Source: Paraspadella gotoi
Taxonomy: Eukaryota > Animalia > Chaetognatha
Reading direction: 5' to 3'
Assembly: GCA_051294375.1 (NCBI GenBank)
Contig: CM119269.1
Coordinates: 18,712,471 to 18,776,470 of the forward strand
Length of the DNA stretch: 64,000 bases
Shown: piece after piece, positions 37,423 through 52,230 of the stretch
How the letters are laid out: every line of letters starts with the position of its first letter
How positions within the stretch are numbered: the stretch's first letter is position 1
Position numbers and translations under genes: made by a program
The notes under the pieces: generated by a model
The model's input: the letters and a program-made list of their open reading frames with translations, nothing else
What the model was told of the DNA's origin: nothing
The model's database searches: none

Positions 37423-38357
37423 TAGAGTGGAGCACTCAACAAAAAATTTATTTGAATGATCGAACAATGATATTTAGATGTGAGATAGTATGATTAACTA
37501 GTATAAAAATATTTTGTTTATATTATCTCGGGAATAGAATAATAAAATATAATATATTTGTAGTAATATCTTTATAAAATAGTAAATTTTAAAAATAATT
37601 TTTATAAAACTTTTAATAAAGATTTAGATTCTTCATAAAAAGTTAAATCAAAAATATAAAACATGTTATCAAAAATTCTGTCATCTTCAATGTTTAAAAT
37701 AAGAAAAAAGGTGAAAATTCTTAACTTTTTTATTCTCTGTAGTAGAAACTTATATATGTTAAAACGTTTTAGTCATTTTTTGTGATCTAAACATTAAAAT
37801 ATCATATAATATATTTTATAAAAGTTTTTTAGTTTTTTACAGCGAATCCAAATCAGTTCTTAAAAATTAAAAAAAAAATTGAAATTTGACGATTTTATAA
37901 AGATATTACTACATAAATAATTGAATTTGCTATACTGTTATGCTAAAAAAATTTTTAAAAGGATTTAAAATTCATTAACTATATGTCCATAGGCAGCAAA
38001 AAAATAATGTTCAATCACTCAATCTTTTCATCACTCCATCCTAGTGGTCAGTAAGGCAGGCCATAATTGATTATTTTTTTTTCTATAATATAAAATTCAT
38101 TTGTCCATCATATACTTAATCAATAGTTACTGTTATTTTTTTAATTAGTGAAGCAGAGTATAACATTGAAGCATTTAAATATTTATCAATTCATAGGGAA
38201 TGAAAAAAAAAATTTTAATTTAATTTTTTAAGAACGGATTCAGATAGCTCATAAAAAGTTTACACAAAGTATAATGCATTTCGTTATCCCACAGGGATGC
38301 TTTAACGTTATTTATATTACAGAATACAGAACTTAGTTTTTACCGTGTTCCGCCTTA
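37423..38357. mobile_element. Two abutting hAT-type MITEs (37423-38043 and 38052-38357)
   Basis: gtggtcag at 37415 and 38044 and gtggttag at 38358 separate elements with TIRs tagagtggag/ctccatcccta and taaggc/gcctta. Confidence 0.6.
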
Positions 38358-39224
38358 GTGGTTAGGGTTAGGGGTAGTTAGAAAAAGTTTTTCTACCCTT
38401 ACCAGTATCCTTTTCTTTTTTTTAAATTATGTAATTCGGTAATAATTTTGTAATTTTTTTTTAATTTAAAAAAAATATTTTTAAGTATTTTTTTTTGAAG
38501 AAGCCAAAACCTCAACCGGGAAAGTAAAATTTTACCCCTTTCCACCGGTTTTATAACTTGGTGGTATTTGTTTTTACATTGAGAAACTACTATTTATGAC
38601 ACTTGTTAAACTTTTTAACTGTTATTTTTCCCTGTCTCCCAATTTCATTGAGTTCGTACGAACAAAGGGACAGCGGAATCTTCGGCTCTGAATTCGATTC
38701 GCTCTTTCTTCTCCGTTCGAAGATCATCGGCCATGTTTCGTCGCTGTTCTTGTTTTCCGTCATTTCATTCAATGTTTGCTTTATTCTGTGTCAGTCACTT
38801 TTTTTTACCTAGTTTTGAAAATTAAGTATTTTCTCTTTTCTTTCCGGAGTGGGTGTGTCGAAACCGATAGCTCTAGCCTTATGCATATTATATGATATAT
38901 TTTCGTCGACCCCATTTATTTCGGTTTTTATTATATTTTCCTGACTTCGCTATTCATGTTTTCTCGTTTCTATTCATTACTCACAATGATTTTATTACTT
39001 TTTGATCGTCAATGCATCTGTTTCTATTTTGCGTTTTCCCGCCCTTAATCAGATGGAACTGGGTAGCACTACCTCAAACTACGATTTGGCCATTGACTCT
39101 TGATGTGTGTAGTTCGTTCGTATTCCTCATCTTTTAACAAACAGACGAAACCGTAACCTCGTGGAAAAAAACATTTCATTCTTCGAGTTGATAGTTTGCA
39201 AACTGGTTTGAGATCAACGTTTAA

Positions 39225-42200
39225 ATGATGGTGATGACGTCCTCCGTTGGGTTTGGAGGTGGGGGCAGCAGGTGAGTCCGGTTACTTGGGAGTGGGAGAT
39301 TTGGGATGAAATTTGCGGGATTAAGAAAAGACGAAACGTCGCTTTTCATTGTTTTTTTTCTGACGATCCAGCTTAATTGGCAACACCGGAAACGCTAGTC
39401 AAAGTCAGCTCTCACCGTCTTCGTCGAACATCCGCGCCCCCGGTGCTCAGCAAGTCAATTCCACAGGTCGTGACTGTTCTGTATATGTATTTTGTTTGGG
39501 TTAATTCATAACTGCTCTCAGACCGTTTCTACATGCCAATGCGTATCAAAAATAAAATTCTACCGTTCGTAAAGGTTGGATTTAATTTTTGTTCTCAGGC
39601 TTTAATCCGACGCTCGGTAGTCTAAGCGGTATTCAACTGAAACAACGGGGCAATACGCCAAACAATTCCCAATCAGGTAAAGTTTGATCCCATTCATCCT
39701 ATTCGATGTTATTCATATCACAGTAAAATGGATCGAATTAACTGTTATGAAATTGCTATCCCGTGACACGAAAGAAATCATTGCCGTGGTTTACTGCTTC
39801 AAGATAAACGTACTGTTTTTTTTATTAGAGAAATGTTTGACGTTTTTTCTGTTAAAATTTTATTTAAATTGATGGCTCATCGCTTCTCTTGATAATGAAG
39901 CACAATCATTAATTTTTAATTCAGTATCCTTGATTACAGCGATATATTTTCAGCTTTATTGACCTCTACAAGGTCCAGAAGGGCAGTTGGTTTATAAGAG
40001 ATTCATTATCAGGCCTTTCGGCAAGCATTTAAGCATCAAAATTGATTGAGAATATGCAAATCCGTGTGCACTGACCAATGTGCACTGACCACTTGTGACC
40101 AGTCACCATAATTGGCAAGTTAAACCTGGGAAAGTATGAAAAGTAGCTGTGGCTAACAGTATGACAGTATAACAGTATAACAGCATCCTCTTAAAACATG
40201 AATAACTTCAAAAAAAATATAGTAACTAATTGAACACACCAACTGCATCAATTTTTTTTACCAAAAGAATCAAAGTAATTTGTCACTTAATATAGGTCTT
40301 GCAAAAGAAATAAAACTTATTTATAGTATAAAAACTTTGATTAGGTGAAAAACCGAATTATCTTTTAAAAAAATCTTTTGAGGGATAATTTTTTTTAGCG
40401 GCGACGAGTTTGTTTCAACATGTTCCAACATGTTAACCGTAACTTGCCCCATACGCTAACTTGCCCCATACTTGCCCCTAACTTTCCCCTAACCCTAACC
40501 CTAACTTTCCCCTAACCTTAACTTTCCCCTAACCCTAACTTATATTTTTAGTTCTAACCTTAATTTTTAACTAAATAATAACAAATAATAACAAATTATA
40601 TCTAAATTCTTTTAATTTTTTTTTCTCCAAGAAATTATCATTTTCCATTCCGTTTCGTTTTCCCATAGACCTGTAGAGCGTATTAATGCCAAACAGACCA
40701 AATGCTCCCCCTGACTTTGAACGGGCCTCCATTCCTCTTACATGATAAAGACATACCTGTCAAAACCCGGAAAGCTTTTGAATAGTAGTATTAGTAGTAG
40801 TATTAAGTTTTTAATCGGGGCATACTATTGTAATCCGCAATATAAGAGATCTTGGGGGGGGATTTTAAAAACCTACATTTGGTTTCAATGAAAAATAATC
40901 ACTTATCAGTGAAAAACATTCTTTTCGTTCAGGCTTTCCGGGAAACTCTATCTCCTCCCTCGTGGTTGGTGCCGGAAGCAACAATGGTACGTCGTCAGCG
41001 CCGGGAATCACTCGGGGCGGCGCCATGTCGGGATCGGCGCCCGGCGCCTCCTCAGTCAGCTCCATCTTCTCGAACCTTCAATCGTCGCTCTCGAGCGCAT
41101 TCAGCCAACCTCCGTCGGGATCGAGCCTTTTGCACGATGACAGGGAAAACTCAACAGGTGAAGGGAGTCTTGTTTTGGAAATGGTTTATAATTCAGCGTT
41201 TTGAATAGATTAGATGAGCCATGGCGAGATGTTGAGAGTGGGATAGGTAGATAAGATATGCAAGTGATGAATTGATAAGGGGAAGCTATAAGCAATTTAA
41301 AGCAAATGATATTTAACTGATTTAGAATTCGTCGTGATAAGAAAGCTTTTAATGGGAACCTCTGCCTTAATGGCAAGTAAGTAACTTCGGCAATTACAAA
41401 TCGTGGGTTGCATCCCTCAGGCAAGATGGAGTCAGCATAAATGCACCCGTGGTAGAACGGCGACCGCAGAGGGTCCCAAGACTCTGACCTGCGATGACGG
41501 TGAAATGCCCCGCACTCAGGGCATCGTTGGTAGTCCCCCACACTCCCATATTGTAACGGTTAATTGTTATACAATATACATGGCGTTGTATCACATAAAT
41601 ATTTTACTTTTTTCTAGAAAACGGAATCCTCCATACTCTGGACCCGTCCGAGTTTCCGTCCCTTGGCGGACGAGGACGCGCTTTTGGCGCTGGGAGTGGC
41701 TCTCTCGGGGTCGTTGGCGCCGCCCTTCCCTCCAGCGGGAGCGGAGCTGGAAGCAGTGGCGGGGGCTCGAGCGGGCCATCGAGTCTCGGCGGCACTTCCT
41801 TGAATCTCGGCGGCGTCGGCGGAAGCCTGGGAGGCTCCGGCGGTACCGGTTTGATCGGCAGCGGCGGCGTTATTGGCTCCGGTTCGTCCAATGCCTCATT
41901 AACGTCTTCGCTTTCTTCGTTGTCCAACCAGAATCACCAGAGTCAGAACATGTCTTTACAGCAGGTAGCTGCAGAGGATTTGTAGAAATATATAATTGTA
42001 TATAATTATTTTCTCAGTTATAGCGAGCCGACTGACTTGTGATGGTTACCGTGGACTGTAGCTTCTTTTCTCTTCCTTCAAGTCCATGTCCCCGTCTCTC
42101 GGGTCCGGAACGTCGAGTTCCTTGGGACTGGAATCGTTGGCGCCGGGATCAGGGAGTGTCGTCAATCTACCCTCATCGGCGTCGCTCATGAACGGGCCTC

Positions 42201-45200
42201 AGACTTTGGCGCCCTCTTCGTCGTCGCTTCTCAACGCCAACTCTAATGCCTTGCCCACTCCGCTCGTAGGAAGGGCGGCTTATGGTAATTTATTGGATCC
42301 TGGCGTCGGGAGGGCTCAAAAAATGAAAATGGGACAATTACGAAGAAAAATCGTAATTTTCTTTTTAGTTTAGAAGTTTTAACTATGAAATATATTTTCA
42401 GGAATGTTTACTGATTCTGTTCCGAGGGTGATGATCTAACTCTTCGTTACAGCAGGAATGATGAAGCAAGCGAATCAAGATGCTCAGCCTGAATTTCAAA
42501 TACAACCGGACGAATTTCCTGCCCTTCCAGGAGCCAACAAACAATCAGGTTTTTATACAATTTATGTACGTACATAAATAAAATCGTTGATGAAACTATT
42601 TTCTAACTTTGTTAAATTTATGTACCATAATGGAAAAAAAAGTTGTCGCGGTTTGGAAAAATCGGTTAATTTTATTGACAAATATATTTTTTGGCCGGTA
42701 AATAGGTTTTTATATGACCTCCTTAAGACTGAATAAAATGATTATTTCTCAACAGCATAAAATTATTTAATGCATTCAAAAACTTCCAAAATAGGTTGTC
42801 TCCAACTGTTTTCAACTCTTTTTGATCAAGAGGACAACTCGCATTATTGTTAATATTATATCTCTGACATAACATTTTTTATCAGATTTAGGGGAAAAAA
42901 TGGTCCTTGGAAGGCAGTGAAAAAGATTGATCACCTTTAAAGTAAACCAGGCTTGAGTTGTTATTGCATAATCTTTCATTTCAATAAAATCTAAATTTTT
43001 TTTGGGGGGGGACTTGTTTGATATTTGTTTCTGATAATATATCCAGAGGTAAATAAAAATGATAACTTTGCTCATAGAAAGGTTACCCGGAGCATTATAA
43101 CTTTTATAGATACTTTACAATTTAAAAAAAATATTCTGGAGCATCTACTGCATTAATATATTTTTAATGCCACTATCTTTTTATCGTCTCAATCGCTTTG
43201 CGTTTGCGACGATCTCGTAACGCTTTTGCGCATAAGTGGCGTCGTCGTCGGCGTTCCAACTTATCAATTGCCTTTTTGATGATTAAATTTGGGTGTATGA
43301 AGCTGAAAATTTATATACAGCTTCTCATCATCGAGGTCTTTGAAATTGGATGAGGACAGTTATTAAATGTTTTGTTTACGTTTTTAGTCGGATCTGCTTT
43401 CAGCAGATCCCGACTCTATAATTGTCGGTCCGTCGGTCCGATCATGTCAGAACATCGAATTATGATAAATTATGCAAAAAAAATATGTCCGTCCGTGTCT
43501 GTCTGTCCGTCCGTCCGTCCCACCTTAGCAAAAAACACCAATTACTCTTGATTGGATGGATGAATTGGAATGAAATTTTGTGTGTGGGTAGGGAAGTGTG
43601 TGATTGAGCTGTATATGAAGTTTCGATGGAATCGTCCGAGTGGAAATGAGTTTAAATGGAAAAAAACAAAAAAATATATTTCACTATTTGAACACCAATT
43701 ACTCATGAGTGGATGGGGCGATTGACTTGAAATTTTGTATTTGGGTAGAAAGGTGTGTGATTAAACTGGATATCAAGTTTCGATGGAATTGTTTGAGTGG
43801 AAATGAGTTTAAATGGAAAAAAAACAAAAAAACTGTTTCACTAATTGATTATGCTTATTTTTCCTTTATATTAAATGTAAATGCAGGATGTATTAATAAA
43901 TCAAATAATTAATTAATCAATAATTAATTAATCAGTCAATCATTCAAGTCAATTGTTATTGACATTATTCTCATCGTCGTCATTGCTTTTATCATGGTTA
44001 GTGACGAAAAGACCTAAAAAACTTGAATTATTTAATTATTAATGAATTAATTACCGATAATGATGGTGGGCAGATCCGACATTGTTTGCTCAAACTTGTT
44101 TTAAAACAAACAAATTTCCTCTATTATTTTTATGTCTCCTTCTCTCTCTCTTTTCTCTTTTTAATTATATGTAGCTCTCTTTTCCCCTGTCGCATCGGAA
44201 AAAAAACGAGTCTGCAGCTGCTTCTGTTGATTCGAAAACGGGCTCTGCAGGGTTTTTTTTTCTTTTTTTCTCTTTTTCCTGCTGCTTCTTTTGATTTTTC
44301 TTTTTTTCTGGCTGCCTCTGCTGCGCCGTCACGGTGAATCAAGACCTCAGAAAAATCCTCGAAGTAGCCATCTCATATTAGAAATATTATTAAATGTCCC
44401 AATCCTACTTGGTCTCAGGCGGTCAAAACCGAAAACAAATGTAAAAAATTATTATCCTTTCTTTTCTGGTAATTAACCTATCTTTTCCTATTTGAGATGA
44501 AACCGACCAAGTTTATCCCTATGCCATCTATCACTACATAAGAAAATTTTGTCTATTATATATCGATTTAAAGATATATCATTTCTCTTTAAAATAAGCT
44601 ATGAATTGTTCAGATTCACATCAAATTAATTGAAACCAAGCAATTTTATAAAAATTGCTTAAAAATTTGTTTTCTAAATTTAACATTTGGACTTTTTTGT
44701 CTTTGAGAGGGTCGTTTAGGGATGTTTAATCAGACCAGATATATTTATTATATTTAACAACTAGGATTAGGTTTTGAGAGTCTTGTATCAATTCCATTTT
44801 CTCCGATTCTGTTTTACATAAGAGAAATGATTTTTCCCGATGAGCATCTTCAAAAGAGAAAATTCAAGAGAATATATAAGAAAATAACTATGATTGCAAG
44901 GAAAATCCATCAACTTTCAGTTTCCCGTTTATTGCGGTTTATCCAACCGGAACATCTGACTATGTTTATTAGTTGATATATGGTCTTGTTTATATGGGTA
45001 TCCTCCGGTATCCTCCGGTTTTGAGTTTTGAAGTGAGATATAAGCTCTGCCAGTGAACTCCTCAAATCACAAGAAATTTATAAGAAATTAACTACGAAAT
45101 TTTTGTTATTAGTCAGAAGTATTATTCTGATTGAGATAAAGACAGTCTTTTTATAACAATAAAGTTTTATTACGGACATGTTTTACCTCTGCAGTACGAG

Positions 45201-45326
45201 CCTTCATAACATTGAGAGAGAGAGAGAGAGAGAGAGATAGAGGGAAGGAAAGTAGCCAACAAAGACGTGAGACAGGACAATGGTGAAATGTGAGGACAGG
45301 TTAAGATGGGGAGAGAGAGACAAGAG

Positions 45327-45357
<31 letters not shown>

Positions 45358-48300
45358 AGGGAAAGGAAATGAAACTGTTGTTGGCAACTTTCCTTCCCTC
45401 TATCTGCAAGATCACTATATTATAAATTTTTGGTTTTATGTTATTATCTGTTGTAATATGTATGATCACAATTATAAAAGACGTTACATGACTTATCATC
45501 TGGTTAGCTGCTAGTATGGTAAAAATATGTTTTGGGCATGAGTTTTATCTAAAATTGCATTATATCGTAAAAACTACTGATTTCAAAATTAATTGACGAT
45601 ATAAATTAACACTTCGTTTAATTTTAAATAGGTAAAAGACGGTAACAATTGTAGGGATGATAAACATGATGGAATTTTTTATGATAACTTTGCTGTTGGG
45701 AATAATGGCAATAACAATGAAAAAACGGTAACCGGGGACATAGCGAATAGTGCCGAAAATCGACTGATCGGAATGTAGGAAAACAAGTTTGAGCAAACAA
45801 TGTCGGATATCTGTAATTAATTCATTAATAATTAAATAATTCAAGTTAATTAATTAATAGGCAATTAATTAATTAATTTGATCTCAAATGTTTGTTTTTA
45901 GGTCTTTTCGTCACTAATAAAAAGCAATGATGACGATGAGAATAATGTCGATAACAATTGATTTGATTGATTGACTGATTAATTAATTATTGATTAATTA
46001 ATTGACTAATTGATTAATTAATTGATTTATTATTTGATTTATTAATACACCCTGCATTGACATTTAATATAAAAGGAAAAAGAAGCATAATCAATTAGTG
46101 AAACAGGTTTTTTTGTTTTTTCCATTTAAACTCATTTCCACTCAAAGGATTCCATCGAAACTTTATTTCCAGTTTAATCACACACCTTTCTACCCAAATA
46201 CAAAATTTCAAGTCAATCGCCCCATCCACTCATGAGTAATTGGTGTTCAAATAGTGAAATATATTTTTTTTTGTTTTTTCCATTTAAACTCATTTCCACT
46301 GGATGATTCCATCGAAACTTCATATACTGCTCAATCACACACTTCCTACCCACACACAAAACTTCATTCCAATTCATCCATCCAATCACGATTAATTGGT
46401 GTTTTTTGCTGAGGTGGACGGACGGACGGACGGACGGACGGACGCGGGCGGACGGAAGGGCGGACGGACGGACATCGTTTTTTTTTTTTTTTGCATAATT
46501 TATCATAATTCGATGTTCTGACATGATATAAGTGAGTGCCCGACAATATTGAGTGGGCGGACAGACGGAGCGACAAAGTGAATTATAGAGTCGGGATCTG
46601 CTGAAAGCAGATCCGACTAAAATAATCATAATTTTTCAAAAAAACGAACGATCACGCAAGAGATCGTACAGAGAGAGACAGACACACACAGAAAGAGACG
46701 GAGAGAGACACGGAAGAGAGACGGAAAGAGACGGAAAGAGAGAGAGAGAGAAAAGAAAGTTTCCAACAAAGAATTGAGATAGGATAGTGGTCAGATGTGA
46801 GGAAAAGTTTAAGTTAGGGACAGAGAGAGAGAGGGAAGGTAAGGGAAAAGAAATTGATGTGAGACATCGATATTTATAAATAAATTATTATTTATTTATT
46901 TATTTATTATTTATTTATTATTTTATCTTACTTTTTGTCGTAATTCGTTCTTGTTAGAATTGTTTTGTCATGTGGTGTTTGTTTTCAACAACATGGAATT
47001 AGTTTTAATCATCGTTGCAAATTATTCAATATAAATAAACATTTAAAAATAGATTTGATTCTCGGTCGTCGCTTCAAAAAAGTCAGAATAAGCCATTTTG
47101 AAATTGAAAACGAAGCATCTCAAAACTAATATTAATCCTATTTACATATTGTAGTAACAGATAATAAACTAAGAACTTTTTTTTTACAAAAGCATTTTCA
47201 CATAGAAACATTTTTTTATTGGCTAAAATATGTACAGATTAATGAGGATTGTGATCAGAGAAAAAATATTTTGACATTTTTTCTTTAAAATAAAGAATTA
47301 AAGTCAAAGACTCAAATAAAAATTAACTCTCAGCTGTTACAATAATTTTATTTAATCAAAGTAATGAAACAGGTGGTGGGTGGATGGCGGCTAGATCCAA
47401 GAGCATTAGGTAGGAAGGGTAACGGAGGTGGTAGGAATTTTCCGTGGTCGGATGTGAAACTGATGGTCTGTGTACTCGGTAGGAAGGGGTAACGGAGGGG
47501 TAGGAATTTTTCCGTGGTCGGATGTGAAAACTGATGGTCTGGTAGATTTTTCCGTTCGATGACTGATGTCGTACTCGTAGGAAGTAACGAGGTTAGTTTC
47601 GGGTCTGTACTGACTTCTTTCGTCTTTCTATTCTCTTTTTTTTTTTCTGTGAAACTGATGGTCTGTGTACTCGTAGGAGGGTAACGGAGGTGGTAGGAAT
47701 TTTTCCGTGGTCGGATGTGAAACTGATGGTCTGTGTGCCGCTGCTGATTCGTCCGAAAACGATTTGGCTTCTCTCTTTCTCTTTCATTCTCTTTTTTTTT
47801 TCTCAGGGGCTGCGTCTGCTGATCAGTTTATTTGACAATGAAAGTTTTTTTTTTTCAGAAACTAGACATTGTATAATTTTCTCTCTTTTCGTTGTTTAAT
47901 AAGATAAGCAGATTCGAAAACGAAAGTTTTTAGTATTTTTTTTTCTGTAATAAAAATCGTTGTAAAAAATACTAAAAACTTTCGTTTTCAGAAACTGTAA
48001 CTTTAATTTTCCTCGGTACTTTATTATTTTTTTTAATTGACAATTGCAAAATAGAATTTTTCTTTTTGTTTATAAATTTTTTTTCTCAAATTTGATTTTT
48101 TTTAGTATCAAAATTTTTTGTCAATCCAGATTTTTCTTTTACGATTGCAACATATGAATTAAGACTCATCCCTGAATCTATCTTAATGGAGATGATGCAA
48201 TAACTATTTGACATGAGATTGAGAAAAGGTAAGGATTTTTAATAGTAACGGTTTAACTCAAAAAGTAATAAAAAAGAACCGGAAATTAATATAAATGAAA

Positions 48301-50352
48301 AGTGTAGATATGAAAAAGATAAAAAAGAAAGAATTTTTTTGGACTACTCATTTTTTTTGCGATGAGTTACGATGAGTAATTTTATTTGGGGAGGGGGGTG
48401 GCCATAAGTTACAAAAATTTTATCCATAATAGTCGAGGCTTAATGTTTGTGTATTCAATTTCAGGTGAAAACCGCAGCGAAGAGGGATCGAACAAGATGG
48501 CGCCCGGAACCGGCGTCTCGACAGGCGTCACGACGGGGGGCAACGTGGCCGACGTTTCGGGAAACCTGGGCCTTATTCCCGCCGGCGGCGTCACGGCAAA
48601 CGGCGGTTTCCGCGGCCCCAACGTCCCGGGCGCCGTCGCGTTGCAACGATCAGGGAGAGGCATTCAAACGCATTCCGACGGAAAAGTATGGAATAATTTC
48701 GTAAAATTGTAATGTTCATTTAAGAATTTTTTCCTGAGAGTTGAAAAATATTTTCCGGTCAAAAATTACGTATTGCAATGATATTTGTTATAGCACTTTC
48801 ATGTCAACATGGTCGGTCGGGAGCATGGATAGGATTGTCAGAAAATCGTTCGACTATTAAATTTTAATGAACTTTTTACGTAAAAGTGTAGAGCGCCCGA
48901 CAAACAGTGTGTCCCAATGGTACTGTCTGTTAACAAAAGCTTACTGCTCCTATACCAGATCGAAAAACTTAAATCAACTAACATAAGCGCATAAGTATGG
49001 ACCATTTTAAAAGATTTTTAAAAAAATTAAATCAAATATTTGTTAATATTTAATAAATATATTTTTTAATATTGATTAATAGAAATAAGTTTGAATTTAT
49101 TTGCAACAACGATTTTAAGGACGTACATGTTTCGGCTTTTTTTTTGTTTGTTTTTTGTTGCAAATAAATTAAAACTTATTTCTACTAATCCAAACACAAC
49201 GAAAAGAAAGGAAATTCGCTATGCCTAATACTCAATATTGATTAAACTTTTATAATGCAGTATTCATTCTGTTTTCAATTATTTATTTACCTTGTTCATA
49301 TTACTTTTTTAACTGATTTAGTAATATTCTATTAGTAATATTCTATTGAATAAATATAAACCATTTTATTCTGGCTTAATGACTAAATCTCTCACACTTA
49401 AAATAATAGAATTTATTTTATTTTATTAATTTTTTATTTTTTTTAATATATGCATTTTTCTTCTTATTAATGTACCTATTATATTCGAAATTAAAATTTG
49501 AATAATTTATATCAATTTAAAATATTTTTTATATAATTTTTATCGTCGCAATCGCTTTTGCGCATAAGTGGCGTAGTCGTTGCGTCGGCGTTCCAACTTA
49601 TCGATCACCTTTTTGATGATTAAATTTGGGTGTATGAAGCTGAAAATTTATATACAGTTATACACTTATACAGCTTCTCATCATCGAGGTCCTTGAAATT
49701 GGGTTGGCCCAGTTATTAAATGTTTTGTTTACGTTTTATCAAAACAAACAAATTTACTCTTTTTATTTTTTGTCTCCTCTCCCTCTTTTCTCTTTTAATT
49801 ATATGTAGCTCTCTCTCTCTCTTTTCCCCAGTCGCTGATTCCTTGGGCTCTGCAGGGGCTTTCTTTCTTTTTCTCTCTTTTCTCCTGCTGCTTCTGCTGA
49901 TTCGTCCGCTGATTTGTCTGATTCGTCTGCTGATCCACTCTCTCTCTCTCTCTGTGTTTTCATTAAAAAAAATTGAATTAGGATTGAACTCGTAAAATTA
50001 GGCATTGTATTCATGCATGTTATCATTTTGTATCGCAACATTGGGTTTTTATTTCGTTCTTTCTTTTCGTCACTCTTTATTTTTATTTTTTTTCTTTCCT
50101 TTCTATTCTTTTTTTCCTTTCTATTCTATTCTTTTTTTCCTTTCTATTCTTTCTTTCCTTTCTATTCTTTCTTTCCTTTCTATTTTTTCTTTTGTAGCCA
50201 TTGTATTAATCCTTTCAGTTTCGTTGAGTTGAGATTTAAGCAAAGTTCGAAATTAGTTTCTTCAACGATTTTTATTTTTGTACGGACATGTTTCGACTCT
50301 TTTTCGAGTCTTCATCAGCGTTAATAAATATTTTACAAATTTGTGCAAAAGA

Positions 50353-50419
<67 letters not shown>

Positions 50420-52186
50420 GAGAGAGACAAAATAATACATTGTGCAATGTACAACCAGGAATAAATTTAAACTAATAGTGAATTTAACAATTAATCTAAT
50501 AATAAATAGATAGTAATGAAAGGAAAGAAAGTTTTTAAATGTGAAATGATACATTTTTTGTGAGGGATAGATAAGTGACTGTTGAAGTGAAAAATTAAGA
50601 ATTATGATAGAGCTCAAAATGAGCAGACCCCCCTTGGTTTATGCAAATGAAAGGCCCCAACGATGAAGCCGGGTCATTGACGCGTCATTGGTTGAGATGA
50701 CAATCTTATTGAGTTCGTTGTCATTGCGGGAAAAGACCAAGTGCAACTCGAATGTCTCTCTGGCCTGATACGCCTGCCGACTGCCCCCTTCTCGTCTGCT
50801 GGCGAGGCGGGCGGTTGTCCGTTCTTCCGAAACATGTCCGTACAAAAATAAAAATCGTTAAAGAAACTAATTTCGAACTTTGCTTATATTTTTTCTTTAT
50901 ATTTATTCTTTTCTTCTTTTTCTTTCTGTTTATAAATTAATTTTCTTTTTTCAAATTTGTTTTTTTTTAGTATCAAAATTGTTCGTCAATCCAGATTTTT
51001 CTTATGCGATTGCGACGATCCTTATGCTTTTAAGATTTTTTTAATATAATTTATTTAAAAATATAAAATAGAAGCTAAAAATTAAAGAAGTGAAAAACTA
51101 GGATATTTTTTTAAATGAATTCGAAATATAGGATCATAAATGGAAAGAATTTATCTTTAATATCGTTATCTCAGAAATGAGATTTAAAAACACAGTACTG
51201 CGCAATATGTAAATGTTAATGGACAGTTCCATGAAGACACACTGTATATGCATGAATCGTCATTGCAACTTATTAACTTACCGTTTCAGGTCACAAATAT
51301 TCCAAGCGGAATGGTTATGGACCAATTCGGTATTGTTGGTCTACTTACCTTCATCCGAACAGCCGAGCAGGATCCCCAATTGGCGCAGCTGGCCATGGGA
51401 TCAGACCTAACCACTCTTGGTCTCAACTTGAATTCTCCAGAGTAAGTCCTTAAACAAATTAGCTGTTGCATGTTGCGGTGACTTCACTTTCAAATTTCTT
51501 ATTAATAAAAAATGTGGGACCTGCTATGTCATTATTTTGTATGAGTGATGGAGGCCTTAAACCACCAAAGCCTACAGTCATGTTTGTATTATATATATAT
51601 AGACGAGTTCAGTTCTGCAGCGGCTGTCCAGTTTCTCTCTCTCTTTTAATTATATGTCGCTTTCTCTCCTTTTTTTTTCCATCGCTGCCTATTCTGATTC
51701 GTCTAAAAACGAGTTCGCTCTGCAGCGACTGTCCAGCTTCTCTTTCATATTTTTTTCTCTCTCTCTTTCTTTCTCTCTCTTTCTTATTCACTCATACACG
51801 CATTTGTTTGTTTTTATTTACAATGAATGGCTATCATCGCGTCAATGAATGACTATCATCGCGTCAATCGCATAATTAATTACTATTACATCAATCAATT
51901 ACTATTACATCAATCACTCAATTACTATTACATCAATCATTCATTTTTTTGGGTTATGTATAAATCTTACTTTATTGTTGAGTATTGTGGAATTGTCATA
52001 TAGGTCTATATTTTTTTATGCTATTGCGAGAATCCTTATGCTTTTAAGATTTATTTTTAGAACAAAGTTTGAAGAGAGAATTTAACAACGATTTTTATTT
52101 CATAGTGAAACGGACATGTTTCGACTCACATACGAGTCTTCTTCAGCGCCAATTCAATTTGTGAATTTGAAGAGAATTTTGTGCAT

Positions 52187-52230
<44 letters not shown>

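Larger units (their letters stand above)
49537..51040 (+). mobile_element. Second HINE-like family (subTIR atcgtcgcaa / ttgcgacgat) containing the nested PLE fragment; related ends at 21154, 22382, 43180 and 52022
   Basis: tttttatcgtcgcaatcgc...gcgattgcgacgatccttatgcttttaagatttt recurs at several loci. Confidence 0.5.

Noticed and set aside
41440-41500. Twister-like gagggtcccaag motif (also gccggtccca at ~1154)
   Set aside because: Lacks the AAGC pseudoknot partner and the closing P1/P2 strands.
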